Positions 31,137 through 43,302 of a DNA stretch of 52,920 nt are shown in pieces. Under the pieces are notes generated by a model. That model was given only the letters and a program-made list of their open reading frames with translations, did no database searches and had not been told where the DNA came from. Source of the DNA: Pelomyxa schiedti (Eukaryota; Protista; Evosea); assembly GCA_020536535.1 (NCBI GenBank), contig JAHLWZ010000073.1:1-52920 (forward strand), written 5' to 3'. A program made the position numbers and the translations under genes. Numbering within the stretch: the stretch's first letter is position 1; each line of letters starts with the position of its first letter.

Positions 31137-33217
31137 TTAACAGTGAAAGCTGGGAATATCAGTTCTCAGTAGACATTGGGAATAGGCCTCATAAGAGGAG
31201 TACATGATGTTGCACAGTTCCTTCTGGCGGCACACAGAGTCGCATTCCGTGTATGTTCGTCTGACAAACCAGTTGTCAAAGAACTTACACCAGAGAGTCT
31301 GGTTTGAAATAAGCTGATTGGCCAGCCGTACCATACTGGCTGAACTCAAATCTGTCATCTGATACCTACAGTGAAGATTAGGTGGAAAGACACATGAGGG
31401 GAATTTGCCAGAGGCTTACTCTTTCAAGGGGTCGTACAGTAACTTCCACATGTATGACACAGAATTGTAATGCTCATTGGCCTCCTCCAAGTCCAACCAG
31501 TAACTCTCGTAGTCGGCCAGTTTCCATGAATACTTTCCATTCAAATTGTCATCCACGAGAGAGAATGAGCGAAGTGCTGGGTTCTTCCCCTCTGTTTGAC
31601 CAGAGTCCGGGGCAACACTGGAACAACGGGGAGTCAAGCCAGGGGAGATGAAGGCTGGGAAAACCTGACGTGCAGTGTTATTTTTGTTAACCTTTTCGTT
31701 CTTACCACTTGAGAATCTACACTTGGAACAAGTCGGAATGCATCGGAATGTAGATGGCCGAAAATCTGCCCCATAATGACATCAGGGTATTCTGTTACGA
31801 TACGGAAGTATTCATTTTCGTAATCTGCAGTCCACAACCGGTAATCGTCGTAGGGATTTTTGGAGCCTGGAGGCGCATGACCAACAATTAATACTTGTTC
31901 ACCGTTTAGCTGTGCAAAATGTTACTCTAAGAAATGTTAGGGGGAGTCTTGCCTTGGCGGTCTGCAACACACTTTCAAACCACTGCAATTGCCCACCGAT
32001 GTCAAGGACTGTGCTATTGATAACCCAAGGATTGCCATTCAGAAAATACAAAGTATTCAGTACGACAATATGAAGCCCTTGAACGGATTTAGGGAAAAAA
32101 CAACACGATGAAGGGAATAAGAACCAGGGAAGACAAGTTCCTCATAAAACCCCCCACGCCTCACATTCACAAGAGATTCAGGTGAAAGCCAGGAAGACCA
32201 AAGATTTGCAAGCTCGATGAAATACCCCGGCACAACGTCAGGTGGGGGAAGTTCACCTGGGGAAATTGGGTTTAGATTTATTTACCAGATGTGAGGAGAT
32301 GAACTTGCAGGGTGGTAATCATGGTTCCCAATGACAGGAAAGATGGGCGTTGTCGGGAAGTATTGCTTTAAGTAATCCACAACCTATTTGTGAGTAAACT
32401 TGGATGTGGTAGAACTGTCTCAGTGTTGTTGCCTGAATAATGTCCTTCCATATCATTGGCCAGGTCTCATAGTGAGCTGGGTGTTCTTGATACAAAGTGG
32501 CAGAGTCCCCCACCCAAAGAAGAAAAGATGGAGTTATGTCATGCTTCACCATGAAGTCAAGAGCAGACTGAAAAAGGGAGAAAGTGCTGTCACAGTTGTA
32601 TGCCCCAATTTTTCCGGCAGTTCCAGTTCCACTGATAACCAGAGAACACCAATGTTATTTATTCAGAACGGGGCAAAGGAGCTATACTTGGTACAAAACG
32701 TTTTAGGATCACTTCCCACAGCGTAATCTGATGCAATGTGTATCTTTTGTTAAACCAAAGTTAATTATACACAACGAAAACAAGGGGAAGGAACCAAAAA
32801 ATAAAAAAAGATAAAGTTAATCAAAAACCACACATCAGCTATAGTCCAAAAGGAATAGGCTTGATCATTTGTCGCCCCGTTATACAATGACGGTGAGGCG
32901 CTCAAGGAAGCCACTAGTAACAACGAAACCACCAAAAGGCCCACAACACCCACCATCGCAGTCAACAACACCCAACTTGTGTCTTGATTCCTAGGGCTGC
33001 TTGTGCTTATGTATACACCGCTGACCGGAGATCCGCCTTCAAGATCCAACGTCACTCCGCTGCCACTGTCACTGCGTTTACTGCTATTGTTGCTAAGATC
33101 CGGATCTTCCTCGACAAACGTAGGACTACTACCGTAAGTCCGTCGTTCCGTTTTTGTTTTCTTTCTTCCTTTTGTTCTGATGGACCTCGCTTTTCGTTGA
33201 AGGAGCTGATGATTCAC
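31137..33217 (-). CDS. Acid sphingomyelinase-like phosphodiesterase (SMPDL3-like), membrane-anchored
   Basis: N-terminal TM, FWTIADVH, FLLWVGDS, FPVIGNHD, GHAPPG, GQIFGHLHSD, YWLDLEEAN and terminal CDSVCRQKELC. Confidence 0.88.
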
Positions 33218-33253
33218 TTTCCTTTAAGAAATCACGGCTCTCTTTTTTAAGAT

Positions 33254-35268
33254 TCAATTGACCAGGGACTTGTTATCGTGTTTGTGGTTGAGATTGCACA
33301 CAGCACGGTCCAGAACAATGATAGAGTAGACAGCAACAATCAAAGTTGCAAATACGAGAACGCATTTTAGTTGGAGGCCTGTTTTTTTTTTGGATTTTGT
33401 TTGTGAGAAAGGGGAGGGATTTTATTTGTTGTTGAACCAAGATAGGGTCCCCAGATATAACCAATGGCAAATCCCACTGACTGCCACAGTTTCATGTTGG
33501 AAAAAGCGGCCTCTCTGGACTCTGAAAACCTGTTCTGTCGTTAACCGATTACGAGTTTAGTTCGGGGGGAGGGTACCAGGTTCCCATCATTGAGTTTGGA
33601 AGAACACCAAAGAAGACAGCATCGCCCAGCCCCAGAAGTGCAGCACAAATCCAAATTGTAGCCGGCCACATTCCATCAGCAAGCCCGTCCAGAGGCTCAA
33701 ACTAGTACGAAAAAAAAACCGGTGAGATAAAATGATACTATTGTTACACTGAACCAGACCCAAATTGGAAATGCGTAATTCAGTGGGAGAAAAGTACCTG
33801 AAGCCACAGAATGAAGAACAGTAGGCACACAACATGGGCAATAGTGCCACATACAATCATAATCCTCTTGCCAATAGTGTCAACCAACTTTCCAAATACA
33901 AACGAGGATATGGAATCTGAAGCAAAGAACAACGCCATGATGTATCCCACCCACTCAATGCCCAGCACAGTTGCAATAATACTATTGGTGAAGTCACTGA
34001 ATACGAATCCTGATGGAATGTTGGTTTTTTACTTCTGAGCAATAAAATTGGTAGTTACCTTCTGATAATCCACTGTAGAAAATTGGAGGAATAAGAAGTG
34101 ACATTCGGCGGTCCCTCATGAGCTGGAATGTGGCAAGCATTGCCTCCCTGATGACTTGTGGGGTTGGCTTCACCTCTATTGGTTCCTCCTCAGATGTAGA
34201 CTTGATGGGGTCTTCAGTTGGTAGGATGAAAAGGCTAAAAATCCCACAGAGGCACAATATTGCAAATACCAAGAAAAGGACTGAAGTGATATGTGAGTAT
34301 CTTACTGATAGGGCAAGTGGGTGCAAACTTTTGGAGGAGTTGTCAGATGGCAATCCAAGAATAACAGATGTAATAATATTTCCAATGACAGAGGCCAACT
34401 ATTCAGGTAATTAGACTGCATATCACACAAAGAGATGCCAAGACCAACTTGAAATATTCCAAAGAAGACACCATTGAACAAGCCCATTGATGCCTTGGGA
34501 GGTTTATTCACAGCTACTGAGTATCTTGTCGACGCTATACTCACATATGCACCTATACAAAGAAATTTTGCAAAAATCAGTGACGAAGTGTTAAACGAGT
34601 TTAGGGTGCAAACGATGATAAGGTGTAGTGTAATCGCCAGTTTTCATTTTTTTTGAATATCTACCCCACAGCACCTTCCCCAGCCCAAAGTATGGATGCT
34701 GACACTCCAACCATAGCAGCAGTAGGAATCAGTGTGTAATACTGGGGATCTGCAAGCAGAATTGGGATAAATTAGATGTTATCGTAGTGGTAAGAATCCA
34801 ACAAAGATTGGCTCCGACATAGACTGCATAAGCTATCGTGCCAATTGCCATGGACCACTGTAGGAATGTCAAAAGTGTCATAGTCTAGATTGCAAAACAA
34901 ATGGCGCATTTTACCTTGGGCGATAGCTTTTTAACAACACCAGAAGACAAGAATAATGCACTTACAGCAAAGGTTATATATATGGTCGCTACAGACCAAT
35001 AGCCCAAATCGCCAGGTACAATGCTAGACTCTATGGTCTGCGTGCCTATCAACAACAAGTGAGTTCCCCGCCAAAGCAAAGGAATTTCGAATCGTTATTG
35101 CAACTTCACGTATTCATTTTTATACTTGTGGGTGTGGGCAGGGAAACCATTGAATGCCAAAAACACGAAGAAAAACGAGGTGCTGACAAAAAATAAATTG
35201 CACAGGTGCCTCTTTGCTGAGCCCTTGTTCTCAGACTTGTTGTTTATTGGTAATTTATCATATTGCAT
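33254..35268 (-). CDS. UNC-93-like MFS membrane protein
   Basis: FFFVFLAFN, LGYWSVATIY, GVSASILWAGEG, LLIPPIFYSGLSE, LLGLGDAVFF and AAFSNMKLWQSVGF; multiple TM segments. Alternative start at 35337. Confidence 0.85.
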
Positions 35269-35406
35269 TGGTGGAGGTCTGAGGTGTTTCGTTTTCGATT
35301 TTTTTATTGTTTTTTTTTGTTGTTTCGTGTTGTTCATCAGTTCGCAGAAGGCAAAAGCCCTGTGAGAAGTGATGGAAAAAGACAGAGCACAAGATATTCA
35401 ATTGTT

Positions 35407-36166
35407 TTAGAATAGAATGGTCAGAGAGCATAACAACAACAGGCCAATGAGGGAAAAGGCCAAGGTTGTGGCGCCGCCGTGGATTGGAGGAGGTTCGCAT
35501 TGGATAAAGTAGGAAGTATCATACAGTGTCTCGTTGTAGCAACCGTTCCTCTGGTCAGTCTCCACGCAGTTTGTGGTGCAGGTGTCGTCGTCGCAGTCGG
35601 CATACATTGTGAAGCCGTCCTCACAGTAAATGTGCTCCCATGTGCTTATACCCTCGGTACAGCTCTCGTGGGTTGCAATGACACTGTAGGCGTCTGCTTG
35701 GACACAGCCCAGGTCATTGTACAGTAGTTGGTACCAGTAACTTAGTTGTGTTAGGTTCAATGTGTACAAACGTAAGCTAAAGTATACATATTTCTCAATT
35801 ATTCATGATACATAGCGAAGAAAATTTAATCTAAGGAAATCTTGCAACAAATCCACAGACATACGGTTCGTCATCATCAGGCAAGTCGGGCCACGAATCG
35901 TCGCACTCAGTCTTGGTGTACCACCCATAGGCTTCGTTGAGGTAGCAATCAACCTCAATACAAGAACTATCTTCGGTTCCAGATATCTGCAACAGTGTGC
36001 CCTTACAGTCCGCTAGGAAAAAAAAAACAATGCAACGTTTCCTTAGTTCAAAAAAAAAAAGTTTCGACAACGGATTACCTTCTTGATACTTGCTTATGAT
36101 TTCATAAGTCTTGGCGGCAAAGGACAACGACACCAGCGCAGCGAAAAACACAACCGATCGCATCAT
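35407..36166 (-). CDS. Cys-rich, signal-peptide and GPI-anchor-signal surface protein
   Basis: MMRSVVFFAALVSLSFA signal, Cys/Asp-rich body, and C-terminal GGATTLAFSLIGLLLLCSLTILF* (small residues then a hydrophobic tail). Confidence 0.7.
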
Positions 36167-36283
36167 CGCCGTTTTTTTTTTTTTTTTTTGGTTTGAGGCC
36201 TTCTGGCCCTTTGACACCAGCATTTTCCTCGTGATCAAAATCCACCGAACACGGGTAAGGACTTGAGCAGAACAACTCTATTT

Positions 36284-38514
36284 TTAGTAGTCATAGTCCA
36301 AAAGTCTGAGGTAGTTTTCTTTGTTGTGTGAGAGTAGTGTGCAACCCTGTACACCGCGGCACCTGCATAGGGACTCTTGGATGTCACCGGTTGGGTGTGA
36401 GGTGCTGCGGAGGTGGGCTACACCCTCCCGCACTTCCAGTTTGTTGGATACCTTATTGTGGGTTAGCTGCGGTGTTTGTTTTGTGATTGGTAGGGAGAAT
36501 TGTGTTGGGGTGCTGTTTGGGCTTTTTACCTGCATGAGTAACAGGAAAAAATGAACAAGGAAGGAGCCAGAGGGAAATGTGGGACTGCAGTACTTGGTCT
36601 TGTATCTGTGTTGATATCATTGGAGAGTTTACATTGACTCCAAACTTACACTTACTTGAGTGCCATGACTGAGACATCCTGATCAAAACCAGGGGGCAAA
36701 ACCGGCCGACAAGATATTATTGACTTTCCATTTGTGGTTGTCCCCTGGGTAAAATAAGAGAAAATTAATTGCACCAGGTAATTCTTTTACCTCGGGGAAA
36801 ACAACAACTGGACAGTGATAATCACACTGGGCCTCCTGCAAAATCGCTTCCACGGGGTAGGTCTGTGGGAATTAAGTACACGGAAAATCACTTAGTGATG
36901 CGTCAATTCACCGTTGCACGTTTTTGTTACCTCTTCCATCACAGGCCAAGAATCTGTAACGGCTCTGTACAGTGCCCCAAAAAAGCCACTTGTGGCGACA
37001 TGTCCCTAATTTACATGTTAAAATGCAAATCTATTTCAGAAAATGTTTACTTCTTTTTCCTCGAAGAGCGGAGGGTAAATAAACTCTGGAGCGCACCTTC
37101 AAGAGGGTATGATAATGTTCGCAGGTGTTGGAATTTTACCTGTACCCATAAAAGAGGATATCAACATAGGATGTATGGGTGGATACAATAAGATTCGAAG
37201 AGGACTCCTGTAAATTGGCATTTCTTCTTTACAAAAATTACTCACTGGTCAGTACTAAAGTGTGCTAACCTTCTCTGTTTTGAGGTTGAAGGTTGAGGAA
37301 TTCGGATATAAGTAATGACATGGAACCCCATGAAAAACAGGAGAAGTCTACAAGATAGACGAAGTGATGAAGAGTAAAATTTGCGTTGAAGTGTTGCTGT
37401 TGGAACCTACACATCATAAAAGAAGATAAATAGGATCAAAGAAAGAGTACCACAAGGGACACCAAATGTACAATAACTAATATAAAAGTCAGAAGTATGA
37501 CAACAGGGAGCCTTATAGCCAATAGCATCAATCCCATCACTAACCAGGCCTAAGGCAATGTGAAATTGATTGCTCCACCACTGGGAGGGTAAACCGTACC
37601 ATGGTAAAGATGAGTCCACGGCTTTTCTTTGGCTGAAGATAGAAAAGTTAGTACAACTGTTTGGTTTTCTTTGGTACTGGATTTATTTTGTTGAGAGCGT
37701 TTACAAACTGTAATCTGGTAGAATGGACATGGTTCTGGCACATCATCATGCTGAGGACTCCAACTCTCAAACTCCTCCTCCTCCTCCTCCTCAACAACTA
37801 CGTTCCTGTTGTGATAAACTCATGAATAAGAAATTCTTTCTATGTATGTTTGGCTAATTAAATTAGCTGCTCCGACGGGAACATTATTCCCACTACTCCC
37901 ATTATTCACATTCACAGTGGTAGAGTTGTCACAACTGCTAGCAGTACAAACCCATCATTGTTATCTGCCGAAGGCGTCGAGGTCCCCGCGCTCATTTTCG
38001 GAGTCTCAGTCCTCTGCAGCTCCTCAGTCTCCCCGGTGCAATCAAAAACCCTCCCAGGCCGCGAAACGTCGCCACTGCCGCACTCGCACCAAGTTGGCGG
38101 CGAGGGCCGCCCCGCCCAACTTGGGCTCGCGCTCGGGCTGGGTTGGCTGTCTCCGCCGTTGTTGCTAAATCCGAATCCAGAACTCCACGTGCAGTTGCAA
38201 TCACGGTCACAGTCGCTCGCCTTTTGCTTCTCGTTCCTCCTCCTGCACCTGATCTGCTCCTCAGTCTCGGGCTCCCTCTCGCCGGCCGGCGCACTGCCGT
38301 TGCATGTCCCACCGGTGGGCTCGCCCCAATTCCACCCTTCTTCGCCCCACTGGCCGCCCCACGTCATCTCCCTACCGCCAAAATCACCCCCTCCCTGGTC
38401 GTAGTAATCTGCCTGTGCCTGTTGTGCAGTGACACCATTTCCCTGCCTTTCGGGAACGTCCACGTCCACATCGCCGTCAAAACCAAAAATCCAGTCCACT
38501 ACCCGCCCCAGCAT
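36284..38514 (-). CDS. Lysophospholipid acyltransferase (LPCAT/LPEAT-like, PlsC fold) with long low-complexity N-terminus
   Basis: IVSTHTSYVDILFY (HxxxxD, ~37160-37190) and VVVFPE|GTTTNG (~36750-36810). Linkage of the 37912-38514 ORF as exon 1 is inferred from a phase-compatible GT-AG intron. Confidence 0.7.
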
Positions 38515-38598
38515 TTACCTTGGTTTTTTTTTTGTTGCCTTTTTTCTTTAGAATGGAAATGCTGTTAAATGGACCAAACTCTGGCTAACCCCCTATTT

Positions 38599-38700
38599 AT
38601 CGAATTTTAAGGGAAATAACTCGAGTTATCTGGGGTAAACTCGATGTGAAAAACAGGACCCATTAGGCCAAAACTCGAGTTATCTAGGGTAAAATCGAGT
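38599..38700 (+). repeat. Left subterminal array: two ATAACTCGAGTTAT-type palindromes with 3' arms
   Basis: Core at 38616-38629 plus arm CTGGGGTAAACTCGAT. Second core AAAACTCGAGTTAT at 38670-38683 plus arm CTAGGGTAAAATCGAG. Confidence 0.9.
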
Positions 38701-39321
38701 TTTTGGGGAGTCATATTGAAATCGGTCTTTATAAACACAGCAGAAACAAGCGGGAAAAAACCATAAATATATTTTTTTAACAAATCTCTGCCACAGGCAC
38801 ACAACAACAACAAAAAAAAAACCAGAAACGCAATGTGGCTGGCAATTGTGGCTGGTTCTCATCACTTTGTGGCTGTCACTCACTCATCACCAAAATGTGG
38901 CTAATACTTGCCAGTGGAATCAAAAGTGTGGAATTATAAAAGGCCTTTCTTGTTAAGAGACCCTCCGTGTATGATACATTATGAGAGGTATCGCACTTTC
39001 TATTTCACAAAACAAACAATGAGCGCAGCACTGAGAACAAACACCCAAACAAACAGAAAAATGGGAAAAAAAAAAAAAAAAAATCGCGCTCGGCACTTTG
39101 TTCTTGTCGTCGATGATTTCGTGTTAACATCGAAGTGCGGGTTCGAGGAATCTGATGGTAATCGAGTGAGAAAAGAAAAAAAACCGTTGCGTAGATGAAG
39201 GTGCGGGTTAGCAAAAAAAGGGGTGAAGAGTGCGTGAATTGGGTCGTAACACATTTTGTGGGGTCTTAAGACTTGTGGATGGAAGACAAACACACGTGAA
39301 CAAAATTGCCACAAATCCGAG

Positions 39322-41123
39322 ATGAACGACATTGCCAATGTGCTTCCCCTAGCTTGTGGTGACACACTTCAGTATTCTTTCGATGAGAGGCAGTTGGCAA
39401 TCTCCCAGGATTTGTCCCTCATGTATGGTACCTCAGCTTTGTCAGATCAACATTGGACTGAGCCACCACTGCCTCAGCAGCGAGGATCAGCTCTGCTGGG
39501 GTCACAACAGGCACCACCACCACTGCAGCAGCAGTTGCAAGTGCTACAACAACAGCAGATCCCGGTCAGACCATTGGTGCAACAGCCTATAGTTCCACAG
39601 TCAGGAAGACGCAGGAATGTACAACAAAACTCAACACCCACCCTCAGCACATCCACATCAACATCTGCAAGGCCAATTTCACAAGACAGAGCAAGAGTGG
39701 GGCCTGCAGATGCCAATCTCCCAGCAAATGTGCAGGAGCTAATTACGAGGTAGTTCCATTTCCAATAGATTTGCTAGCTATTACTAAGATGTTCCTTCAG
39801 GCATCAACAGCAGGTGAATCGCATCTTGAGTGCTGCCCCACTTGCCCATACAACAGTTGTTGAGCCAGAAAAAGGACTATGGCCAACTTTTCGTGCTTCT
39901 CCTGCAGTTTCGTTTCCCTCTTTGCTTTCTTCCCGTTTTAATTAAAGCTGCAGGCCTTTTTCGCTATTGTACATTTTGATGTGTTTTGGTTCAACTCCTT
40001 CCTGAACGATGTTGTGCCCCGGATTGATTATGGCCGCCGTGGTGCAAAGCCACAGATTTCAACAGCCGATGCTGTTTTGCTCTATTTTATGTGTCTATCA
40101 AATGGTTCCTCTGTGTACAAAACTGCAGCTCTCCAGCGGCTCTCTGGGAATCTTGCCCTGAAGGCAATTGAGCGGGTCAGAGAGGATGTAAGGTTGGTTC
40201 TGTGGCGGAGGTGGATTGAAAACCCTCCTACACATCACCCTGACCCCACTGATCCAACATCCTACATAGCTGCTATTGGGGACCACACACCCATTATTGT
40301 GAACAAGCCCTCTGGTTCATGGGCCACACAGGCTGAAATGTTTGATGCACATCACGGGTTCCATGCTGCTAAAAAGCATGTTGCTGTGCAGGCCACTCAT
40401 CCTTACTATGCACGTGGCATTGGGAAGTGGTGCAAGGGGGCAAGGCATGACTATGCCGATCTTCAGACCTGTTGGGAGTTGTACAAGCCACTGCTGCGGA
40501 AAAGCCCTGAGGAACTACAGAGATATCCCCAGCGACCAACCTGGGCAGCTTTATTTGATTCTGGGTATATTGGCCCAGAACCCAGCGGGTATTTCTTTTC
40601 CCAAGTTTGTGTAAGTTAACTTTGACATACAGGCTAAATAAAATTGCTATCCCACGAGAGAGTCATGCTGACCCTGATGTAGCTGCCTTGAAAAAGAAGC
40701 GGTACTTTTAAAACCAACCATCTCTCTGCAAACACTCAAACGAGCACAGTGTCGTTGTTGAACAGTTCTTTGGCCGGATGACAGTTTTATGGACCTCCTT
40801 GTTGATACCATACCGTTTTACTTTAGATACACTGGACACAGATGTGGATGTGATGATACTTCTGACAAATGAGAATATCAAGTTTCCCTTTCTTCCCTTA
40901 ATACAGTACACTTAATCTCCCAAGACTGGACAACATGAATGCTGAAGACCTGAAGAATCACCAGAAGTATCTTGGCTTGTTGGCTGAGAATGCAGCCAAG
41001 GCCACAGCAAAAGCTGAGAAGAAGCGTGAGAAAGCTAAGGCAACCGCAGCAAAAAGGGCACGATTTTCAAAAAATGGTCCTGATGAGCCCACTGAGTCCC
41101 ACTTCGCTACCTCCACCTCCTGA
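39322..41123 (+). CDS. DDE_Tnp_4 (IS5/Harbinger-type) transposase, 6 exons, open after splicing
   Basis: Introns 39750-39800, 39907-39953, 40589-40632, 40702-40749 and 40882-40924 (all GT-AG) give one frame. HTH-like region, GDHTPI..KP, GARHD, LFDSGYIG and RVVVEQFFGRM..LW motifs. Confidence 0.85.
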
Positions 41124-41256
41124 TTCAACCATCACCGGTGGCAGCACCCCGCGGGCCATGTTTCTGTTAATGCTGATCTGTTCGAATAGAACACCGTGTT
41201 AGAATAAAGAGGAACTTAGAAATTTTCTAGATCACGAAAGTTTCATCACCCTGTAA

Positions 41257-41355
41257 ATCGGTTTTTGGGGAAATAACTCGAGTTATCAGGGGTAAACTCG
41301 ATGTGGAAAACGAATTCATGCAGAAATAACTCGAGTTATCTGGGGAAAACTCGAT
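41257..41355 (+). repeat. Right subterminal array, same orientation as the left
   Basis: Cores at 41273-41286 and 41326-41339, followed by CAGGGGTAAACTCGAT and CTGGGGAAAACTCGAT. Confidence 0.9.
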
Positions 41356-41928
41356 TTATTGGGTCTCCACCGAAGTTGTACCCCAAAAACTAGACTTTGT
41401 TCCATTATATTTTATTTATTCCTTCTTTGCAATTGAAACGAAAGAGACAGAAACAACATGTTCCCCAAAACTCCACACACTAAGCACCAAGTCAGATCGT
41501 CTTGCTGCAGTCTGCACCAAATGAGAGGAGACAAGTGCATAAACAATGAACTCAGTTAATTAATCCTGGGCGCGTTGTTCCCTTCCCAGTTGGCGCAGAT
41601 CGACTTCTGTCTGACTTAGTGTTTTGGAGAGACTCCCCACTTTGGGTTTCCACACCAATTTCGGCACGAATTCAGCTCTCCAATGTGCATAGGAAATTGT
41701 GAAAATCTCCCCGATCCATCCAAATTGGGGAACGTGGGCACACTTTGGATTCAGGGTGGAGTCCTGCAAACAGTTGCACCCCATGGCCGATGGTCTTGTA
41801 GAAAACGCCTTTTTTTTCCGTCTCATCCTCGTCTCTGGACTGAGAAAACTAATAAACCCGATAATTTAATTTGTGCACTTGGGCAGTCCAAACTTCGAAT
41901 CATGGTGATCGTCGTTATTGGTTTCTGT

Positions 41929-43243
41929 TCACCAGGACAAAAAATGAGGGGCAGAGAAGTGAGCAAGAAGGATGCCCGTCACGGTGTCACACAATTCAAG
42001 TGAGAGCCCTGGGTTGGAATCTGGACTTGTGGGGTGTGTCGTGGTTGTTCTGGTGGGTGTGGTTCTAGCAACAGGGACAATGCCACAGTTGAGTGGATAA
42101 AACTTCCCTGGGAACATTGGCACTGGAAGGTGGTGGACACAGCACGGATGTGTGAGGTCTGATGAATGGAACACACTCATCACTTCATCCATCCTGTCCA
42201 CGCAGCACAGGTGGTACGGGCCGACGTTGTTGAGGAAGGTTGTCTCCTGGAATGTGTGCACCATCAGCTTGGTCTCGGTGTTGAACACGTGCCTCATTCC
42301 TTCTCCAACAGTTCTGTGCAAGGTATGCAGTGTGTTTTTGATCCACATTGAGCCATGGGGCTGTGGTGGGATGTCCCGAGCCTCATCATCTTCCACTACT
42401 TTCCTGCTTGTGAAAGATGTGTTCAAGTCCACCAGCAAGACCTGGTGTTCAACTCCAGTTCCTGCCCTTTGATATCTGTAATAGGTACTCAAGCACAGTG
42501 CAGCTTTGTCCAGCTCAAATGGTGACAGATTCCCACCAGTACAAGTGGCACTGCATTTACCCATTATGTTCAGTCCAGGCTGCACAATTACTTCGTGATG
42601 CTCCTCAGTCAGGCAGCCATCAACTAAGTTCCACAGATGCACATAATCACCTGTGGTGACCACCAACCACTTTGCATTCACACCAACGAGTTTAGGGGGG
42701 TTTTTAGAGTGAGTGTGCAGAGTCCTCACATGCTTCCCACTTCCGTCAACCACAAACAGAAGAGGGTATCCAGTCATCAGGAATGCGTTGCCAGCACCAA
42801 ATGCACACATCATCGTGCCGCATTCAGGCCGGCATTGGAATGCACCGCAACGCACAACACCCAGCGTTGGTGACACGCTCACCCACAATTGAATGGCCCG
42901 CATTTTTGGTTGGCCATCCTGCTGTTCTGTCTCTGTTGGCGAGGCGCTGATGGTGCAAGCCCTGGTTGATTCCACAGACATGATCCATCTTTTGCCAAAT
43001 TCCTCGAGCAGTGCCAGTGGCATCGACGCCAGGTGGCACACGGCCAACATTGTTGGAGGTGAGAAATCTGCATGCTCGGTGCTGTGAAATAAATAAAAAA
43101 AAGGGTGAAGTGTTAGTGGGGAACCGGTGAGTTTGTTCGGTTTTTCACCTGAGGCATCTGTTGTTATTGCGATAGAAGGAGATGTGAGCACAGGCAAGTG
43201 CAACAAATTGATCCGTGGCTCGAAGTACTGCACGAACCTCCAT
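41929..43243 (-). CDS. Hypothetical protein, 'DQ(F/M)xALA' family
   Basis: MEVRAVLRATDQFVALAC exon, one intron, then a long ORF clearly homologous to 49192-50380 (EFGKRW, NLSPF.K.AL.L, NIGPHHLC/NVGPYHLC, CDxVTG). Confidence 0.85.
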
Positions 43244-43302
43244 CAAGCAATTCTGTCGTTTGTTATCGTAAAGAAGAAATCTGTCGATTCACCATCAATC
43301 GA

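Larger units (their letters stand above)
38571..41403 (+). mobile_element. PHIS-group (ISL2EU/Harbinger-like) DNA transposon, 2833 bp
   Basis: Imperfect 14-bp TIRs GGACCAAACTCTGG (38571-38584) and reverse complement GGAACAAAGTCTAG (41390-41403), 11/14 identical. Flanked by AT on both sides (38569-70, 41404-05). Subterminal palindrome arrays and an internal DDE transposase. Confidence 0.8.

Noticed and set aside
38599-41355. Palindromic repeats as a CRISPR array or LTRs
   Set aside because: Only two units per cluster, no spacer series and no cas or gag/pol genes. They sit just inside TIRs around a DDE transposase.
41560-41826. 88-aa minus-strand ORF next to the transposon
   Set aside because: No recognisable motif, no supporting splice chain and only chance-level length.
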